DNA of 32,000 nt from Prochlorococcus marinus subsp. pastoris str. CCMP1986 (GTDB lineage: Bacteria; Cyanobacteriota; Cyanobacteriia; PCC-6307; Cyanobiaceae), in the NCBI RefSeq assembly GCF_000011465.1, contig NC_005072.1:630001-662000 (forward strand), given 5' to 3'. This document shows, piece by piece, positions 28,894 to 32,000 of this stretch. A program made the translations under genes and the position numbers. The number at the start of each line of letters is the position of its first letter. Positions within the stretch are counted from its first letter, which is position 1. The notes under the pieces are model-generated. The model saw only the letters and a program-made list of their open reading frames with translations. It did not search any database and had not been told where the DNA came from.

Positions 28894-29028
28894 TTAAACG
28901 AATCCAGGAATAATTTGACCAGTTGTTAAATAAGCTCCAACCGCCGCAATGAACCCAATCATTGCAAATCTCCCATTAAGTTTTTCAGCAACAATTTTTT
29001 CTTTTTCAACAGATTTGATTTTTGCCAT
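28894..29028 (-). CDS. hli: High-light-inducible protein (Hli/SCP family), 44 aa
   Basis: Hand-translated: MAKIKSVEKEKIVAEKLNGRFAMIGFIAAVGAYLTTGQIIPGFV*; ExxNGRxAMxGF motif. Missed by track length cutoff. Confidence 0.88.
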   Translation of the reverse strand: MAKIKSVEKEKIVAEKLNGRFAMIGFIAAVGAYLTTGQIIPGFV

Positions 29029-29197
29029 TATTAAGTTATTAATTATTAATAAATGTAACACAAAATTTACGTATTGTAATAAAAAAGGTGAAATATAGCT
29101 TTTTCTGGATATTTAATTACATTTTTGTTACATAAGTGTGGAAAAATTTATTAGATTTATAAATTTAAAAAATTTTTTCTCTAAACTATTTTATTTA

Positions 29198-29317
29198 TTA
29201 GTTATTTTTGTTTACTTGAGGTAGGTAAAACTTGTTTCCAAGAGTGTAGCCAATTGACATTAATACTAAACCTATCAATTGAGGTAAATGTGCATTTGCT
29301 AAAGAAATTTTATCCAT
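29198..29317 (-). CDS. Small hypothetical single-TM protein (39 aa) upstream of the hli pair
   Basis: Hand-translated: MDKISLANAHLPQLIGLVLMSIGYTLGNKFYLPQVNKNN*. Confidence 0.45.
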   Translation of the reverse strand: MDKISLANAHLPQLIGLVLMSIGYTLGNKFYLPQVNKNN

Positions 29318-29399
29318 TATTTAAGGTAGTTTAAAAACTATAATAGTTAATAATTATTTATTCTGTAGTCTTTTATTAAATTTATGAAAATTAGAAATT

Positions 29400-29561
29400 T
29401 TAATAATCGATTTCACCAGATTCTTTTAATGAATTAACAATTCTCTCATTTTCAGTTTTTAAATTTTCTAATGCTGATTTAGTAAATTGTTCTTTAGCTT
29501 CAAATTTTGCTGAGCGGATTATTTTTTTATTAGGCCATTTCTTATTTTGCTCTTGCTTCAT
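29400..29561 (-). CDS. Small charged hypothetical protein (53 aa)
   Basis: Hand-translated: MKQEQNKKWPNKKIIRSAKFEAKEQFTKSALENLKTENERIVNSLKESGEIDY*. Confidence 0.4.
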   Translation of the reverse strand: MKQEQNKKWPNKKIIRSAKFEAKEQFTKSALENLKTENERIVNSLKESGEIDY

Positions 29562-29754
29562 TTTAAATTTGTTTCTTAGTGGATATTAAAAGAAAGAGTT
29601 TTTTATAAAAGTATAGATTTTTACAAAATGTTAGTTAATAATAATTATTCATAAACTTTTCTTTAATTATTTAACTAACGATTTAAGTAAAAAATTTTAA
29701 GTTGAAAATATCATTAAAATTTATCCAACAGTCTTTTGATATAATTTAAATTGC

Positions 29755-29961
29755 TCAATCTTTTGGAAGCCTCAACCAACCGCTAGTCCATTTTGATTTT
29801 AGAGTTAACCAAGAAATCCTTTTAATATCTTTTTTGTTTTTTGTTGGGAATAGATCTACCCATCTTTTGTCATTTTTACCTCCATAGGCCTTTACTTGAT
29901 AATGACGATTTCCTTCGATTGTTTTTGGTGCTGTCCAGCAATTTGTGGGAGGCCATTTCAT
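29755..29961 (-). CDS. Trp-rich small conserved protein (TIGR02450-like)
   Basis: 68 aa; NCWTAPKTIEGNRHYQVKAYGGKNDKRWVDLFPTKNKKDIKRISWLTLKSKWTSGWLRLPKD. Confidence 0.68.
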   Translation of the reverse strand: MKWPPTNCWTAPKTIEGNRHYQVKAYGGKNDKRWVDLFPTKNKKDIKRISWLTLKSKWTSGWLRLPKD

Positions 29962-29988
29962 ATATTAATTTTCTAAAAAAAAAGAATT

Positions 29989-30075
29989 TTATAACGTGCT
30001 ATTGCCTGTTAAAACTAAACCATAGTATGCAATAGTTCCAAGAATTAAAACTATACCCAATACTCGAATAATCAT
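29989..30075 (-). CDS. Single-TM micropeptide (28 aa)
   Basis: Hand-translated: MIIRVLGIVLILGTIAYYGLVLTGNSTL*. Confidence 0.3.
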   Translation of the reverse strand: MIIRVLGIVLILGTIAYYGLVLTGNSTL

Positions 30076-30181
30076 TTTTAATAATATTTAATTTTGAATA
30101 ATATTAAAAATAAATCAATGAGTAAAATAATTGTATTATTTTTTAATCTTATGAATTGTTAAAAATTTATTTTCTCATTCC

Positions 30182-30397
30182 TCATTCTTTTTTTTTTTGA
30201 TTCCTAGCCAATGAGTGACATGATTCTGGATGCCACTCATGTTGGATTCTTGCAATGAAATCATAAATAAAAGAATCAGGACATTCCGTTATTTCTTGAA
30301 GCTCAGAAAGTTCCCCTTTAATAAATTCATAAACACTTGAAACTATTCCAATATTTTGTTCATAAGTAGGTTCCCAAGTTTCAGATTCCTTTTTCAT
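30182..30397 (-). CDS. Small hypothetical protein (71 aa)
   Basis: Track ORF MKKESETWEPTYEQNIGIVSSVYEFIKGELSELQEITECPDSFIYDFIARIQHEWHPESCHSLARNQKKKE; 4-nt overlap with the upstream ORF. Confidence 0.5.
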   Translation of the reverse strand: MKKESETWEPTYEQNIGIVSSVYEFIKGELSELQEITECPDSFIYDFIARIQHEWHPESCHSLARNQKKKE

Positions 30398-30585
30398 GTA
30401 TTTGTTTTTTCTCTTTTCTTATCTTCTATAATATCGTAATAAATGATATCTCCATAATCAGCATCTGAACAACATATATCTCCATATATTTTATCTAATA
30501 AATCATAAGCATCTGCAAAGTTTGAAAAAGTTTGCGATGTGACATCATCTTCTTTTCCATCAATTCTTATAATTTTATAATTCAT
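30394..30585 (-). CDS. Small hypothetical protein (63 aa)
   Basis: Track ORF MNYKIIRIDGKEDDVTSQTFSNFADAYDLLDKIYGDICCSDADYGDIIYYDIIEDKKREKTNT. Confidence 0.5.
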   Translation of the reverse strand: MNYKIIRIDGKEDDVTSQTFSNFADAYDLLDKIYGDICCSDADYGDIIYYDIIEDKKREKTNT

Positions 30586-30633
30586 GAAAAAATTCTCTTA
30601 AACTAAACTAAATTTACTATGAAGCTTAAATTT

Positions 30634-30837
30634 TTATTTAAGAGATTTAGGGTATAGCTTCTCAATCTTGTCTTTTTGTTTTTGTAATTTCTTTTTCTTA
30701 TAATTTTCTGACAAAGTTCTTCGAATTAGTAATTGTGGGATTAGCCATATCAATGCTATTGCGAAAGCCATAAAAACAGGATTTCTCCAAGTAAGTCTAA
30801 TTAATTCTTGAGTAAATTCTTGATTTAAGATCTCCAT
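30634..30837 (-). CDS. Small membrane hypothetical protein (67 aa)
   Basis: Track ORF with one hydrophobic segment and basic tail: ...NPVFMAFAIALIWLIPQLLIRRTLSENYKKKKLQKQKDK... Confidence 0.5.
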   Translation of the reverse strand: MEILNQEFTQELIRLTWRNPVFMAFAIALIWLIPQLLIRRTLSENYKKKKLQKQKDKIEKLYPKSLK

Positions 30838-30840
30838 GAA

Positions 30841-31110
30841 TTAATCTTCTGAAAGTAATTCATTGTTGGGAAATTTATCTTTAATTTTTAAAAGATATTC
30901 TTGTAAGTTTTCTTTGTTATCGGAACACATTTTTTCTAATGACCTTTCCATAAATTTGTTTAAACCTTTACCCTCCAATCCTAAAGACTTTGTTCCGGAT
31001 GCATACATCATTACTAATAATACCTTTGCTTCGTTCTCAGTCATCCAAGCATGCGATGCTATTAATCTATAAATTCTGTCTAATGGACTTTTACTTTCTG
31101 ACATTTTCAA
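30841..31110 (-). CDS. Hypothetical protein (89 aa)
   Basis: Track ORF MKMSESKSPLDRIYRLIASHAWMTENEAKVLLVMMYASGTKSLGLEGKGLNKFMERSLEKMCSDNKENLQEYLLKIKDKFPNNELLSED. Confidence 0.5.
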   Translation of the reverse strand: MKMSESKSPLDRIYRLIASHAWMTENEAKVLLVMMYASGTKSLGLEGKGLNKFMERSLEKMCSDNKENLQEYLLKIKDKFPNNELLSED

Positions 31111-31207
31111 ATTATAACTAAAATCCTTTCCATTACACCAAATGAATTCGGAATTAAATTTTTTTTTAGGGCTTCAGAAATTATAATATTTGAAATTATC
31201 TAAAAAT

Positions 31208-31873
31208 ATGTCTACTTACCTCATAACTGGTTCAAATAGAGGAATTGGATTGGAATTATGTAAACAAATAATTGAGAGAGGAGATGAGGTAATAGCTACC
31301 TGTAGAGAGGCTTCTTCAGATTTAAAAAACTTGGGTGTAAGAATTGAAGAAGATATTGATATTTCTTCAGAGGATTCAATCAATAATTTAAGGCAATCAC
31401 TATCAGGGGTTGAATTAGATTGTTTAATTCATAATGCAGGTATTTATGAATTTAATTCGATTGATAATTTTGATCATGAAAGTATTATTCGTCAATTTGT
31501 AGTAAATGCTTTAAGTCCTCTTTCTATGACTAGATCACTGAAAGGTCTTTTTAAAAAATATTCAAAGATTGGTTTTATCACGAGCAGAATGGGATCCATT
31601 GGTGATAATTCATCCGGGAGCTCCTATGGTTATAGGATGTCTAAAGTAGCTTTATCCATGGCAGCGAAATCACTTTCAAGAGATTTGTTAAAAGAAGAAA
31701 TTTATGTTGCTATTTTGCATCCAGGCTTAGTAAGTACTCGTATGACTGGATTTACAAAAAATGGTATATCTACAGAAGAATCCGCAAATGGACTCTTAAA
31801 ACGTATCGACTCTCTTAATAAAAATAATACTGGGACATTTTGGCATACTAATGGAGAGATTTTGCCTTGGTAG
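31208..31873 (+). CDS. Short-chain dehydrogenase/reductase
   Basis: From ATG 31208: MSTYLITGSNRGIGLELCKQIIERGDEVIATCR...CLIHNAGIY...SSYGYRMSKVALS. The track uses an upstream TTG at 31190. Confidence 0.88.
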   Translation: MSTYLITGSNRGIGLELCKQIIERGDEVIATCREASSDLKNLGVRIEEDIDISSEDSINNLRQSLSGVELDCLIHNAGIYEFNSIDNFDHESIIRQFVVNALSPLSMTRSLKGLFKKYSKIGFITSRMGSIGDNSSGSSYGYRMSKVALSMAAKSLSRDLLKEEIYVAILHPGLVSTRMTGFTKNGISTEESANGLLKRIDSLNKNNTGTFWHTNGEILPW

Positions 31874-32000
31874 ATTTAATTTATTTTCTTGAACTCTGGC
31901 TTATAAAAAATGATTTGTTAAAAAAGCTTTAAATTTTAATATATTTAGTTTCTTTATTAAATCATGTTGGTTATGTTAGAGAAAATATTAGTAAAGGAGG

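Noticed and set aside
29841-30035. Plus-strand 64-aa ORF
   Set aside because: Largely antisense to the Trp-rich small protein gene.
30863-31072. Plus-strand 69-aa ORF
   Set aside because: Antisense to the 89-aa ORF at 30841-31110.
22600-31110. Search for CRISPR arrays, transposases, integrases, toxin-antitoxin pairs, retrons or defence operons
   Set aside because: No direct-repeat/spacer periodicity, recombinase motifs, reverse transcriptase motifs or recognisable toxin/antitoxin families were seen. Small ORFs alone do not justify such a claim.
1-32000. tRNA genes
   Set aside because: No T-arm GGTTCRANYCC context with cloverleaf-compatible flanks found; GGTTCAAATAG at about 31225 is inside the SDR gene.

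Overview
The window looks like a low-GC marine picocyanobacterial chromosome segment, most likely high-light Prochlorococcus. That assignment is inferred from gene content and protein style, not from a database search. Roughly 1-22.6 kb is ordinary, densely packed core genome: a class II ribonucleotide reductase cut by the left edge, prfC, hslO/Hsp33, an ABC ATPase, rsmE, a phnD-phnC-phnE transporter with an SGNH hydrolase, aspC, a family 4 uracil-DNA glycosylase, ispG, a C-terminal processing protease, nadA, a metallophosphoesterase, a TPM/Psb32-like protein, a MidA-like methyltransferase, aroB and purK. A likely 6S RNA gene follows purK. Roughly 22.6-31.1 kb is a loosely packed region of very small genes, many below the length cutoff of the supplied ORF track. 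It includes a tandem pair of high-light-inducible (Hli) genes. The right end carries an SDR dehydrogenase. Points worth a second look are: a clpS-like gene split by an apparent -1 frameshift at an A7 run; two adjacent small ORFs with full-length AAAGGAGGT Shine-Dalgarno sequences, the second containing a perfect 9-bp hairpin; a micro-ORF abutting an 11-bp-stem terminator; an out-of-frame micro-ORF in a DUF1651-like gene; and a fused double-domain PhnE. I found no CRISPR array, transposase, integrase, tRNA or convincing new defence system. The supplied track gives the wrong strand for nadA.
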